Positions 38,851 to 53,200 are shown, counted from the first letter of the stretch. The stretch is 64,000 bases of DNA from Camelus ferus (GCF_009834535.1 NC_045707.1:54810001-54874000), one strand, 5' to 3'. The notes: generated from the letters alone by a model not told the origin. Numbers and translations are program-made.

Positions 38851-41800
38851 AAAAAGGAAAAAAAAAATCCACACCTCTCATAGACTGCAGTTTGCCTTTA
38901 TCCTTCTCCTTGTGGATTTATGTCTTATTTTATTCTTTTATTCATCATTCTAGGAGGTTTTTGAGAAGCATATTTCTCTAAGTAGTGTTGGTTTATATCA
39001 ATGAAATACCAGCCTCCATTTGTCCTGTAGTCTATGCATCATCTTCTAGTTCACTCCTGGGAAGAGCTTTAGCATGAGAATTAAGCTTTTGTTACAATTA
39101 CACAAGTATTTTAAACTGTGTATTTAAAAATATGATTTAAATGGGATCCTACAGAATGTGAGTGAAATGGTAGAAATAAGTGAAATAAAGAAGCATCCTA
39201 TAATACTTCACTTTGTCTTAAATAAAGGTAATGATGTTACATATTATTTCAATAACATATGGTAATGACATGTATGTCTTTCAAGCATTGTCACATTTCA
39301 TTATGCTTTTTTTTTGTTTTTTACTATTTTCTCTCTTTTTTTAACACTATTATGTTTACCCTCAACTGCATATCTGCCTATAATAGGAAGAAGGATAGTT
39401 GAATCTTTTCTTTTTGTCCTCTCTTGGGCAAGGCTGAAAATCTACAGGATAATTTGTCACTTTTGAAATCAACAATTAAAAAGTTAAGAGGTTGGAAAAG
39501 GCTAAAGAAATGGTTGTGATTTTTTTACAGAGAATAAAAATCTAAAAAGCTTATATGTAAACAAATAATTATTTGTCAAATTTCTGCTGCTAAAATGCTT
39601 CTAAGAGTAAAGATAAAATATAGATTGCATGGTGAGTCAAGGGCTGTTTTCCATTTGTATTTCAGGTAGAACCAAGGAAAAATGCAGGGCAGATGAGATG
39701 TTGAGAATATTGACAGTGAACAGATGTTCAAATCTGTTGAGGAAGTCATTGCTTTCGATCTTCAGTTCTTTATGATCTGGAGCTCAGGAAATGCCTCTAG
39801 ATTTCCCTAACTGTACTAAAGGAAATTTTTAACACAGATGCTTATTTTATAAAACAGTTCACCATGTAATTTCTATATTTATTAGTTGCCCAATAGTTCA
39901 GAGGGAAAGTTTCATTCAACAGTGTAGCACAAAGAAAAGCTGGATTTGGAAATTTTTACTTTTAGTTACTACCCCATCATTGTACCTGTTCAGTTTAACC
40001 CAAGAACAGTGAAAATGAAGGCAACTGATTTTTTTCTGCAGTGACTTATGAGATCTGATCTCTTCTGAGATATGGTACTGATTAAGAAAGGTTTTGAACC
40101 ATTTGGAATGCATTACTAAGTGATGTTATGAAATATCTTAGCTTTAGGAACATGGTGGAAAACTATTTTTCTTTATATATCAGACAATGGAATGAACAAA
40201 ATCAAAGGTCCTAACCCATTTGAAACTGTATACAGACGTTTGTGGGTGGGGGCCTTAGTGTATTACTCTGAGGACAGGGTATACACAGCTTTCATCAGAG
40301 TCTCAAAGGGTAAGAAACCCTCACAAAAAGACAAGAGACACTCAAACACCAAGTCTTTCCAAGCCTAAAATTGTATAACTATGCTTATATGTTCAGGTTA
40401 ACAACAACAACAACAAAAAAGTAAACTAGTAAATAGGAAAGAACAGCTTGACTACATGGGACTTTTCAAAAAGTAAATATTTAGAAATAAAGACATGTTT
40501 CCTCAGAGCGCTTGACACTGCGACAGATTTTTACAATTTACAGAGGAATGTTATTTACTTCATTTACTGCAAAAGAAACATATAGAAGCGTATATTTGCC
40601 ATTCACAATTCCTTTATTATGTTTTTAAAATCCTTACAAAAGCTGTTAATTTCCTTGGTGACTGATGGTGGTCTAACATTAAGATACTTTTGACAGAAAG
40701 GACACAAACAGAACTAAAGATAGGGCTTGCTTTTCTCTTGTGTTTGTTTGAGAAACAGTGCTATAGTGCAGAAAGTGTTTTCTGTTTAACACAATGAAGA
40801 GAAAGGCCACTTAAAGAACTTACACTATTAAAGGTAATTTATTTCACATTATTCACATTGACCGAAAGAGCAATTTTTATGAACTATCGGGAAATAAAAT
40901 ACTACACACTGAAGCCCAAGTAGTTGAAATCCACACTTAGAGACTTTTGTACATGTCAATCATGTTTACAAGACTGGATGAAAACACTATTAATCTCCTC
41001 TTAAATTTTTCCATGTTTACTAAGTGCATTTAATTTCTCTCATATAACTCTATTAGATTTGCAGTAGAACCTTTCAAATACTAATGTAGTGTTCTTTGAA
41101 GGATACAGCAGTACTCTTATCATCACATCTTCCAGTCTGGGATAAGGAAAGTGAACAGTAAAGGCAAGAAGGGCTGTAAAGTTTATTTTCCTCATCATTG
41201 ATTTGCCTCAATTTGAAATGTAAGCAAGTTCTTGGAATTCAATAAGCCAGTCTCCTTGTACTTCTTCAGATCTGATAGACTGCATCTGTGGTATTGACTA
41301 CTCTGAGTTTCCTTTAATTAACTTTATAGAAGTTGCAACATGCAGAAGGTTTCCATTTGAATTTACTAACTTTGTTAGAATTACTTTAATGTCTAAAGTA
41401 AGTATGCTAATGAGGTTTGATGAGATAAAGTCTCACACTCCAGTAAATCTAATGTGCCCTTAGATACTGTTCTACCAGTGTCACTTAAAAGGACCTCAGC
41501 TGTACTTTAAACAAAGAATCACAAATAACTTCAAAAAACCTCTTCCCTGAATAACTACTTACTAAAAATAATAAATCACGCCAGTTGATCCAACAGAAAT
41601 TCTTTTCAGATTAATTTTTCAAGTAGCATTACATACATCCCCAGGATACCTAAAATATCAAAACTAATTACAAATACCTGATAAAGATACCAAATTGTTT
41701 CAAGGATACACAAATGAGTGATATGGTCCTCAGCCTCAAGGAAATTATCTGCTAATAACTTAAAACACTGCATGAAGAACATCATGTAGAGACCAATAAA

Positions 41801-41949
41801 ATCCATAATTGAATTATAAAGTGATAGCAGGGTTCAAGAGATAGAAGATACTATATCAACAAATAGTTATGAAATTTTACTTTGATAATGTTGGAGAATG
41901 ACTTAACTCATGTGGCATCGATCCATACTTTTTGACCATACTAAACACA

Positions 41950-42475
41950 TCTTGGAAGATGTGGTACTTTCCTGGCTGTCTGAATTCATTTCATGCTACT
42001 GTTTTTCCATATTATGTTCCAGTAGTATGTATCTTCTTTCTAATACTGGCCTAGGCCAATTTAATTCCCACGCTGGGGCCTTTGCAACTGCTGTAACCCT
42101 TTGCATAGAGTGTGTTCCACTCCCACCCTCACCACCAGTTTCAACTTGGCTGGCTTCTTTCCAAAATGAATTCCCTGATTCAAATATTATCTCTTTAACC
42201 AAAAGGAGCTGACCACCCTGTCTCTTGGTCTGTCCTGTGTATGGGTTTCTTTCAGTCATATTACCCTCCTGTATAATTACCCATTACCTTCTTTTATTTC
42301 CTCATATCACTTTTTAATAACCAAAATTATGGTGTACAGTATTATATTTATTTATCCATTTGTTTGTTTACTGTATCTTCCCCAACTGGAATATAAGCTC
42401 TATAATGACATGCTCATATCTGTCTTCTCAGCTCAATGCTTAAACAGTGCTTGGCATTCAGCAGACATTCAACAG
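41950..42475 (+). mobile_element. L2 LINE 3' region (other L2-like pieces near 1590-1730, 36480-36950, 54580-54850, 62200-62620; minus strand near 51090-51330)
   Basis: GGGCCTTTGCAACTGCTGT...CTGGAATATAAGCTCTATAATG...ACAGTGCTTGGCATTCAGCAGACATTCAA. Confidence 0.65.
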
Positions 42476-44269
42476 GATTAAGGACTTTTTCTTAGATGTG
42501 GTTAAGGAGTTCACTTAACAGAAGAATATTTTATTTGACACATTTTATATTTTAAAACTAAACACAGAGATTGGTATTTCTCTTATTTAAGTATTTCTTA
42601 AAATTTTCATGTTTTTTTCAATAAAGAATTGGAGCCCTATTTTCCTCTCTATTTAAACCTCCAGTGAAAATCTCACAAATGGAACTTACTAACTCATATC
42701 AGTCTTAAAGACATTAAAAGAATTTGAAAGGCTAGAGAATCAAGAAGTAGAGAAAGAAAACATCATATAGTGGGCATAGCTCATGGAAAGGGAAGGCAAT
42801 AAGGAAAGTGAGGAGTAGCAAGTAATTGAATTAGGGTCACAAGGTTTATATAGTAGAATAATGGGAGATAAGACTGAAAGGAAGAGAGAAGATAAGGTGG
42901 ATTAAATTCTCTTAGGTTAGTATATTAAAATTTTACAGACATGACATTTGAATTCAGGCATTAAAAATTGATAGAATTTAGGAAAAGTGTATTTCAGGTA
43001 TAAGAATCTTGTAAGCCTGGAATAGAAGCAGAAAAAACATGTGCATGCTATTAACTCAATTTGAGGTAAAACATTGAAGGCACCCACCTTTCATGCTCAG
43101 CATAATAGCTGTACTCATTTTTACCCACCTCCATTGAAGCCCTAAATCCCTTGACTACATTAATTTCTCTCTTCCATCTCCCTTAGTACTTATTTTTGTA
43201 TTTTTCTGTAAGATTCCTGTTTCACAGCACAATTTTTTTGTTCATATATTTGTTTGTTTGTTTAGAAGATAGTATCTGTGCAGACACAGACTTCTTTCTA
43301 TGGTGCCTAGGACTGATCCTTATAACCTTTAGTTAGACAAAGACTTCCTCATCCTCTCCCCAACATAATCTCACCATGCTATGCCCTGATCTCACCACAT
43401 TACTTTGTCCATGATTATAGAATGGTGTTCAGGAAATGTATGCAGCAGAATAAAGTTTCTGAAAAAGCATTTTTTATTTGTTTGATTTTTTAAAAAGTTT
43501 ATGCTGCAATTCCTAGTATAAATTTTCTCTCCTTCCACATGCTAATTATATTAAACCTGATGTTTTCAGGAACATATTTCTGCACAAGAGGTTTCATCTC
43601 CCATAGAATTTTTTTTTCCACTTCCACTGGAAAACCATTCTAAGATTCCCACCAGGCAAACTTGGCCCTCAGTGAGACTTAATTTTTGCTGGTTTATTTT
43701 CCTAGAGATACCTTAGTGACCTTGACTGAAATATCTATTATCAATTAGTCTTCACTCTAGTATTTCACAGTTGATAGCCAGTATATGTTAGGAGGGTACT
43801 GACATCTAAACATTCTTTATTTTTCACCTTGATCACATCAGAAATGATGTAGTCTTAAACTCAACCAACAAAGTAAGATAATTTTAATGCCATATAATAT
43901 TGAGACAAGGCTGTAAGTCTAATAAATAAATAAATAATCTCTAGTAGACACTTAACAGCTTATTAAAATTAATGGGCTTTGGGTTTTTATAAAAGCTCAG
44001 CACCTGTATGGAATATACAATGTAACAAATTGATTTTAAAATGATTAAGAAACAACTTACAAAATATGGTGCATACTTTGCACAGATTTTAAACTTAAAT
44101 TATCCATTTGAACAAAACAAAAATGTAATTGCTCCTAATTGTTGGACTACTAAATTCATGTGCTTGAAAAACTAAACAAAACAACAGTTCTCTTTATTAT
44201 CTTAAGCATCAAAAAGAATGTAGGAAACAATGCAAAACTGAAAAATAAACTTTGGAGATACGCTTTTGG

Positions 44270-44430
44270 TATGATGGAGTGAAGAGGTATATAAATCCTC
44301 CCCTGAAAAGCAACTGTAAAGTTGGACAAAACATTCAAATCAACCATTTTGATGTCCTGGAAACCGACTGATGTGATTGAGTCAAGTGGTGAAATGTTTA
44401 TTCATGAAAACTACTGACCTTCAGATAAGA
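44270..44430 (+). mobile_element. Ancient L1M 5'-end fragment
   Basis: AAAGCAACTGTAAAGTTGGACAAAA...AATCAACCATTTT...CTGGAAAC...TGTTTATTCATGAAAACTACTGA resembles recalled L1M 5' regions. Confidence 0.5.
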
Positions 44431-44431
44431 G

Positions 44432-44876
44432 TCTGGATGTATGGTGACCCCAAAAGATATGTCCACCTCCTAATCCCTGAAACTTGTGAATGTTACCTTA
44501 TTTAGAAAAAGGGTCTTTGCAAATGGAATTAAATTAAGTATTCTGAGAGAAGGAGAGCATCTTGTTTGGTCTAGGTGGTCCCTATATCCAATGATGAGTG
44601 TCTTTATCAGAGTCACAAATGAGTAGACAGACATAGAGGAGGAAGTGATGTAAGGATGGTGGTAGACTGGAGTGATACGGCTACCAGCTGAGGAAGCCGT
44701 CAACACCAGAAGCCAGAAGAGGCATGAAGTAAGTAGACTTCCCTCTAACGTCTCTGTAGGGAGGATGGCCCTGCTGATTTTACACTTCTTGCCTCTAGAA
44801 ATGTGGGAGAATAAATTTATGTTGTCTAGGCCACCAAGTTTGTAGCAATTTCTTACAGTATTAGGAAATTAATACA
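44432..44876 (+). mobile_element. MLT1B/C-type MaLR solo LTR
   Basis: CCCCAAAAGATATGTCCAC..CTAATCCCTGAAACTTGTGAATGTTACCTTATT...AGAATAAATTT...GCCACCAAGTTTGT...GGAAATTAATACA. Confidence 0.9.
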
Positions 44877-44899
44877 GCTATCAAGAAGTAATTTGTAAC

Positions 44900-45675
44900 A
44901 AAAATATTTAAATCACATAGTAAATAATAATCAAGAGGAATTTGCTTCAAAGTGAAGTAAAATATAAAGTCATAGGTTGATAATCCAATTAATATTAAGA
45001 AGTGAATCACATGAACTCCTTAAAAATGTAAACTCTTACTGATTTGACATGAAATACTGACATAGAGATTCTTAAAATTTACAAAATGTTACTATGACAC
45101 AGACATCTATGATAAACAGGTTAATGAATGCTTATCATTTAAATACTACTTAAATACTAAATTAGACCCTACCGAAATAAACCTGAAGTACATGAGTATC
45201 TTATATCTTGATAGAGGTTTCCTAAATTTGACAATAATCTCAGAAATATACATATTATCAATAACACATTTTGAAGAATTCCTTAAATTACCAATGACAA
45301 AAATTAAATTTTGATTAATAATCCTACATAAAGATAAACTTTTTTCTCTTATCTCTACAGAAAATCATATTTTAAAATAGTTTTTCTCTGTAAATATATA
45401 TATGTGTGTATTCTAGAGTATACAGCCAAAAATGAAGACCAAAAAGGTATTACAGAGATATAACAGGAGAGTTAATAAAATCCTATTTTATTACTTTGAA
45501 TATGAATCATCCTATTTATTAGCTCTTTAAAAATGTATAATTTGTTGGGATTTTCTTCTTACTTAAATAAACATGTACTTTAGTACTGTATTCATAATTT
45601 TCTTTTTCTTCTTGAAGTTTCCCTGTTACAATTTGTATAAACTACATGACTTACAAAATCTCCATCTGTCCTTGC
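44900..45675 (+). mobile_element. Zaphod-like hAT (Tip100) DNA transposon, 3' part
   Basis: GAGGTTTCCTAAATTTGACAATAATC...TCTCTACAGAAAATCATATT...GAGTATACAGCCAAAAATG matches the recalled Zaphod transposase end. Confidence 0.6.
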
Positions 45676-47614
45676 CCTTAATGACATTCTAAAGTTTGTA
45701 ATGCTTTTTATACCAGCATCCAAAAATAATCAACTTATGACTTGCTGACTCCTAGTCTCTGAACTAGAGGTAAACCTCAAAGTTTCCTTTTCCTTTCCCA
45801 ATGTCTGAGCTCCTCTCAGTATTTCTCATGGCCCTGAATTCTCGGCTAGTGTAAGATGGTCTTATTTGGCACAGTCCAAATATTTGTTTTTTTGGTCATA
45901 GTCTTGGAAGAATAAAACTCTTTTAAATTTCTACTTGATGCAAAGGAACCATACCCGTTTCTCATTCAAAGCTCAGCTTTCCTTCTTGCAAGGAAAAGAG
46001 GAAATTGGCTTCTTCCTTCTGTCATGTCTCATATTTCTGAGGAAAATTAAAATTAGACATACCAAAATCTTCACTGAGACACACTGCAACACAAGGTATT
46101 GGTTTAACCAAATTTAGTAACAGTCTAGTTTAAATGTCAGAACATTTCCCTTGACCATCTCCCCATCTCCACAGCCCATTCCATCTCACCTTAGTAATCT
46201 CTGATTTTAATTTTTGAATGTAGGAAATATTAATTTTGGTAATAGTAACAATAATACTTTTTTATTTTGAACCCATGTCATTTGGTATAGGTAAGATTTC
46301 AAATCTTAAATCTACATTTTGCCTTGACAGCAATTAAAATTAACTGCAGTCCTTGGTGTTCATCTACATACATTTAGTTGCCTTTAGGTCTTCACCAGCT
46401 GTTAAAAGTTCTGCCTCATGGTTCATGCTTGACATTGCTATTGGCATGCAGCTCTCCTTTTATTGTCACAGAGGCCTCGCTCCTCCTGTCACTGCCAATC
46501 TTCCACTGCAGTCCTCATGTCAGTGCTGAGCTTTCACGGTAGTGACTGAAGCACCCTTCCACTTGAGAGACTACTGCTCCCTTATTGTTTTACAGCTTCC
46601 TACGTCAAGAACCTCATCTCATCCCCTGGTCATGGGATATTTGAGTGTCACCACACAACATGCAGTAAAAATATTCTTCTCTGTATTCTATTAATCATTC
46701 AGAGAGAACAGGTATCTGTTCACAGCTCAGGTATGCTTCCTTTCCTTTCATCCACAGGCATTACCTAATAGCATAGGGGTAGTCTAGCCCTAGTCCTAAA
46801 GTTTAGGAGATTTTTTTTATCAGATTCTAACCCTATACCATTCCATGTATTTTTGGTTTTTCCTTACAGGAAGCTTATCTAGTACACATGGGCCACAGAG
46901 AAAATGTGATGGCTCACTGATACATGCTAGTGGAAACGTAGAATAGTTTCTGCCAGAAAAGCGAATTGTATATCACTTGTAGGTAGAATCCATGCTTTTA
47001 TAATCTTTGTATCTCCACAGAAATCATCATTTTTGTCTCATATATAACATGTGTGTATATACCAGATTTATAAGAGGAATCAAATATATATATTAATCAA
47101 TTATGTATATATGACTAAGTAGAATATCCCACAAGACTATCTTAATATTTCTCACCTCGTTTAAGCCTCTCAGTAATCCCAAATTAAAATTTTACCACAT
47201 CCTATTTAAGAAAATAATATTGGTGTTTTAAAACATTCCACAGTTGATTTCTCTAAGTCACAATGAGAAAAACAGCATCAAATTACATGATACGAACTAA
47301 AAATGTTTGGAAAAAATAATTGTTATAATAATAAAATCTTAAAGATTCATTTGCATAAACTAGGCACTTGTTCAACTAGGCACTTGTTCATTTTTCTTTC
47401 CCCCACCAAAATCATTCCTTATTTTTTTCATATATATGACTAGCTCTATCAAAAATAACAGAGATAGAAGAAAAAATAAAATGTTTCAACTAATTCTGCA
47501 GATAAATCTCCTTTCCCCTGGTTGTAACTATATCCCCAGCAAAATGCAGACATTCTTAGTATTTCAAGAACACACTGGCTGGCATATTAAAAGGCACTCA
47601 GAACTCCATCAGAG

Positions 47615-49136
47615 CTACAGTAATCAAAACAGCAATGGATCCAAACAGATGTATTGATCATTGAACAGAATAGAGAGCCCAGAAACAAACCCACAATCTT
47701 TTGGTCAACTAACCTTTGACAAAGAAGGCAAGAACATACAATGGAGTAAAGACAGTCTCTTTAGCAAACAGTGTTGGGAAAATTGGACAGCTGCATGTAA
47801 ATCAATGAAGTTAGAATACTCCCTCACATCATACACAAACATAAACTCAAAATGCTTAAAGACTTAAATATAAGACAAAACACTAAACCTCAGAAGAAAA
47901 CATAAGCAAAACAGTCTATGACATAAATCTCAGCAATGTTCTCCTAGGGCAGTCTACCCAGACAAGAGAAATAAAGCAAAAATAAACAAATATGACCTAA
48001 TTAAATTTATAATCTTTTGCACAGTAAAGGAAAATATAAGCAAAATAAAAAGACAATCTACGAAATGGGAGAAAATATTTGCAAAAGATGAGACTGACAA
48101 AGGCTTAACTTCCAGAATATATAAATAGCACATACAAATTAATTAAAAAAACAAAAACCAAAAAACAACCCAATCCAAAAATGGGCAGAAGACCTAAACA
48201 AGCAATTCTCCAATGAAGGCATAGAAATAGCCAGCAGGTACATGAAGAAATGCTCAATATTGCTAATTATCAAAGAAATGCAAATCAAAACTACAATGAA
48301 GTATCACTTCACACCAGTCAGAATGGCCATCATTCAAAAGTCCACAAACGATAAGTGCTGGAGAGGGTGTGGAGAAAAGGGAACCCTCCTACACTGTTGG
48401 TGGGAATGCAGTTTGGTGCAGCTGTTACGGAAAACAGTATAGAAATGCCTCAAAAGACTAAAAATAGACTTACCATATGATCCAGCAATCCCACTCCTGA
48501 CCATATATCCAGAGGGAATCTTAATTCAAAAAGATACATGCATCCCAGTGTTCATAGCAGTACTATTTACAATAGCCAAAATATGGAAACAACCTAAATG
48601 TCATCAACAGATGACTGCATAAAGAAGTTGTGGTATATTTATACAATGGAATACTATTCAGCCATAAAAATAATAATATAATGCTATTTGCAGCAACATG
48701 GATGAAACTGGAGGCTGTCATTCTAAATGAAGTAAGCCAGAAAGAGAAAGAAAAATACCATATGATATCACTTATATGTGGAATCTAAAACAAAAGACAA
48801 ATGTACTTATTTATAAAACAAAAAAACAAATCCACAGACGTAAAAAACAAACTTATGGTTACCGAGGTGAGGGGGGAGAGGGTGGGAAGTGATAAACTGG
48901 GAGTTTGAGATTTGCAGATACTAACTAATATATACAAAAGTGATAAACAACAAGTTCATATTGTATAGCACAGAGAACTATATTCAATATCTTGTAGTGA
49001 CTTACAGTGAAAAAGAATATGAAAATGAACATATGCATGTTCATGTACTGAAGCATGGTGCTATATACCAGAGATTGACAGAACATTGTAAACTGACTAT
49101 ATTTCAATTATTATATATTTATATATATTAAAAAAA
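47615..49136 (+). mobile_element. Youngest LINE-1 in the window: 5'-truncated, ~1.5 kb, lineage-specific (camelid-like 3' UTR)
   Basis: Perfect 13-bp TSD AACTCCATCAGAG at 47602-47614 and 49137-49149. ORF2p remnants [28 protein letters not shown] and [19 protein letters not shown] (CCHC domain). A-tail present; ORF2 is disrupted. Confidence 0.95.
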
Positions 49137-49237
49137 AACTCCATCAGAGTTTTAAAAGTGGACCAGTTTGCCCAGGACTAGGCAGAATTGAAATTAATCT
49201 AAAAAGTCTAAGTCTTCCAACCTGTTTAAGGGATGAG

Positions 49238-50299
49238 TGCTTTAGTCAGAGTTCTCCAGAGAAACGGAACCAACAGAATATACATAGATATATATGTCTT
49301 AAAAAACCAATGCACCTGCCTTAATTAAAGAATATTATTTTGTTGCTTAAAAAGCTAACCGTCATCTGAGCCTTCAGTGAGTTGTAATTCTTCCATGACA
49401 GTAACATTAAAAAATCACTGATCAGAGATCACTGTAACAAGTATAGTAATGAAAAAGTGTGAAATATTGCAAGAATTACCAAAATGCGACACAGAGATAC
49501 GAAGTGAACAAATGCTGTGCCTGTGAGGCATGCCTTGTTTTATCGTGCATCACTTCACTGCGCTTCACTGAAACTGCGTTGTTTTTACAAATTGAAGGTT
49601 TGTGGCAACCCTTTGTCAAGCAAGTCTATTGGCATCATTTTTCCAATGGTGCATTATTTTGTAATTAAAGGTATATGCATTGCTGTTTTTAGATACGATG
49701 CTCTTGCACATTTAGTAGACTGCAGTATAGTGTAAACATAACTTTTATATGCACTGGGAACCCATGAAATTTGGGTGACTTGCTTTATTACAATATTTGC
49801 TTTATTGTGATGGTCTGGACTGAATTCACAGTATCTCTAGAATATACCTGTATATGAGGAGATATATTATAGGAATTGCTTCAAATGATTATGGAGGCTG
49901 AAAAATCCCACAATCTGTTATCTTTGAGCTGGAAAACCAGGGAATTTGGTGATATAATTTAATCTGAATCTGAAGGCCTGGGAATCAAGGGGGTTATTAA
50001 AGTCAGTCCTAGGGTCTGAAGACCCTAAAGCCAGGAGTTCTGCTGTCAGACAAAGATGAATACCCCAGCTCAAGAAGAGACAGAGAATTCACCTTTCCTC
50101 TGTCTTTTTGTTCCATTCAGGTTCTCAACTGATTGGATGATGCCTCCCACATTGGTGAGAGTGGTTCTCTTAACGCAGTCTACTGAATCAAGTGCTAATC
50201 TCTTCCAGAAACACCCTCAAAGACACTAAGAAATAGTTTTACTGGCCATGTGGGTATCTGTTAGCCCAGCCAAATTAACACATAAAATTAACCATCACA
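49238..50299 (-). mobile_element. MLT2 (ERVL) solo LTR interrupted by Tigger1-derived sequence
   Basis: TTAGTCAGAGTTCTCCAGAGAAAC..AACCAA at the left; ATTATGGAGGCTGA and GCTAATCTCTTCCAGAAACACCCTCA in the middle; AAAATTAACCATCACA at the right. Confidence 0.9.
49293..49850. mobile_element. Tigger1-derived (TcMar) deletion derivatives: minus-strand piece 49293-49518 and plus-strand element ~49524-49850
   Basis: AGGCATGCCTTGTTTTAT...TACAAATTGAAGGTTTGTGGCAACCC (5' end) and GTATAGTGTAAACATAACTTTTATATGCACTGGGAA...ATACCTG+TA (3' TIR). Confidence 0.85.
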
Positions 50300-53200
50300 A
50301 GGATTAAGTTGAACACTTGAAGGAAGCCTACACATTGCCTACTCCTACCCACTCACTTTATCCAGGACAGATTTCTCCTGTTGCCTCTCTTGTCAACTAC
50401 AGTGCTTTGGGGAGTCCTGCTGGGGAAATTAAAAAGCGCTCTATATCAATACTGAGGAAGCCCATTCCTGTTAATACTATTCCTTAATCTAAACCTGAAT
50501 TTTTGTCTATGGGAATATAATAATTGAAGAAAATTTACTTCCAGAAAGATGAGAACAAGGCATCAGAGAAAATGCTTTTCATTGAAGCAGAACTAACTCA
50601 AGAAATAAGCTAGTACTTTGAAAGTCTTGTAAGTAGTATTCCAAGTGAGATGCAGGAAGACTACATTATTCATAAAATAAGACAATTCAGCTATGAAGAA
50701 AGAACGATTACATCTTTTAAATTAACCAAAATGTATTGGACGTTTAAAGAGAAATCTGTTAATAGGATTCGTATGCAGGGCATATGTTAATTTAGATTTG
50801 AAGGCATAAGTTAGGGAAGGACATTTGAAATGAAACCAGAAATGTAAGTAGGAAAAAACTCAAGGAAGGACAATGAAAGAATGCCCCACCGTTGAAGAAA
50901 ACATGTGCTGAAAATAATAAGTTTTGGGCCTGCCTGAAAAACAATCAAAAAGCTAGTTTGGTGGGTGAGAGTGATACTGCCAGATAAACTCAAATATGGA
51001 GGAAATCTAGAGTTCGACTTTAGGACCCTATAGGTCTCACAAAAGAGTCTGAATCTTATACAGTCTTGAATCCTGAATTGTAACAGCACACCACTGAAGT
51101 AATTAAAGCAAAGGATCTGACATTTTCTTTATTGAAATCATGCAGTGTGCACTGTGGAATATGGACATGAGGAGGGATAACACTGGAATGGGGGACACTA
51201 TTCAGAAAGCTATTATTTAGCCAATTTAAAAAAAGATAGTAATTTGTACTAGAGTGATGGCAGTGGAGATCAAAATGATTTCCAGCTGTATTTAGATGTA
51301 GAACTGGTAGGAACTCTTGACAACCTAGTTAAGGAGAACAAGCTGTCAACAAAACAGAATTAGATGTTCAGGAAGATAATCTTTTATTTAGAGAAATTTC
51401 GTATATTATAAGGATGACAATTCTGATCTATAGGGATGTATAAATTAACCTTTCAGTAGCTTGAAACAATTGACTCACCATTTGGAAAAATATATTACAT
51501 ACCAGCCTGATATCATTCATAAATCTCAAATGGATTAAATATTGAAAGTTTAAAATTAAAAACTATAGGAAATGCAAAAATATTTCTTATAAAATTGAAT
51601 AGGAAAAACCTTTCTAATTTTGATACAAACTTAGAAGTCACAAAGGAAAACTTGGGTAGAATTGATTATGTATAGCCTAAAAATATCTGTATAGCAATAA
51701 ACACTGTAATAAAAGTTGAAAGAAAACTACAACCTAAGAAAATATCTCAACATATGTGGTGGACAAAGAATCTCATTTCATAATATATGAGATGCATCTA
51801 ATCAGTTATGTGAAAATAAAAAATGATAGAAAAAGGGCAAAATTAATTGTACTAGGTGTTATGCTAAACATGTCATATATATTATTTTACTTATTCCTCA
51901 CAAAACATCTATGATGTAGGAACTATTTTGAATTCTTATTCTACAGATGAGAAAACTGAGGCTCAGGATGGTTAAGTAATCTGCCCAGGATTGCACAGCT
52001 GTCATTGTAGATTTTGTGCTTATACATAAATTCTGAAATGAAATTTGATGCAATGCCTTATCTATGCTTTGTTTTGCTATGCTACACTATAACATTCTAT
52101 CCTATTCTTTTCTATCACATCTTATATTTATCTCATCCTAAATCATATTTTACTGTAAAAAATTCATTTTAGAACATGTATGTTGTATCTCCCCTCCCTG
52201 TTGGCAAAAAGTGAGTTTTCTATTTCCACTATATTCTCTGTGCATGAGGGGGTATGTACACACATACACACACATTACTTAATATCTGTCAACAGCACTA
52301 CAGAGGTTATTTAATGAAAAATAGCTTCTTAATAAATTGCGCTGAGCATTGTTTATGATTCTGTATTTCCAACATGAATTCACTGTTATATATCAGAACA
52401 ACAAATGATATATAAAGATAATCTGAAGGCAGCTAGTCCAGGAAAACAATTATTCTATATTAAGATGTTTTATTGACTTGAACTAAAAATATTAATATAC
52501 TCCTTAATAATAAGCACATTGCTTTCTTAATGTGATGACATTCCTCATTATAAAATTTTTAAAATATTAATTTACTGGTTTAATAATGATTTTGAAATCA
52601 TCATTTATATATCACAGTGCTGCATAAGCATCTAAATGTTACTAATTATTTTACAATCAAGAGCAGTTTCTATTACCTGAGTGATTGTATTTGAATTTAT
52701 TGCTGAACTATTGAAATATTTAACCTTCAAACATTCTACAGAAATATTTTCTTACAAGAAGTATTCTCTAGAGGAAACAGACATAAACTAAACCATACTT
52801 CAGGTTCACCAAATATAGTAATTAACATGGAACTTAGTCTTGCTCTTGCATTTCCTTTTCATAAAGACAGAGTCTAGCTGGGTTACATGGCTGTGAAGTG
52901 CTGAGAGACTGATCACCTCACCAGGTAATTTATTAGGTTCTTATTAGCACAATCTATCACCATTCCAGTCAAACATTTGATTTGGCAGAAGTAATGGATG
53001 CAAAGTCTAGCACTTACGAGTTTATTAGAGATGTACTTTTTTACTTTGGGAGAAATATGCTTAAATTGATAGCTCTAGGCTGGCTTATGGAAATAATTAG
53101 AGGATAACTGTCCATAAGCATTTCCTAAGCTTATATATTTGGAGTTAAATAAGCATCCCGAAAGATCTTTGTTTGTAACTGTCACCAAGTATTTAATATT

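Noticed and set aside
47661..48600. Active L1 ORF2
   Set aside because: The element is 5'-truncated, lacks EN and RT, and is broken by stops and frameshifts.
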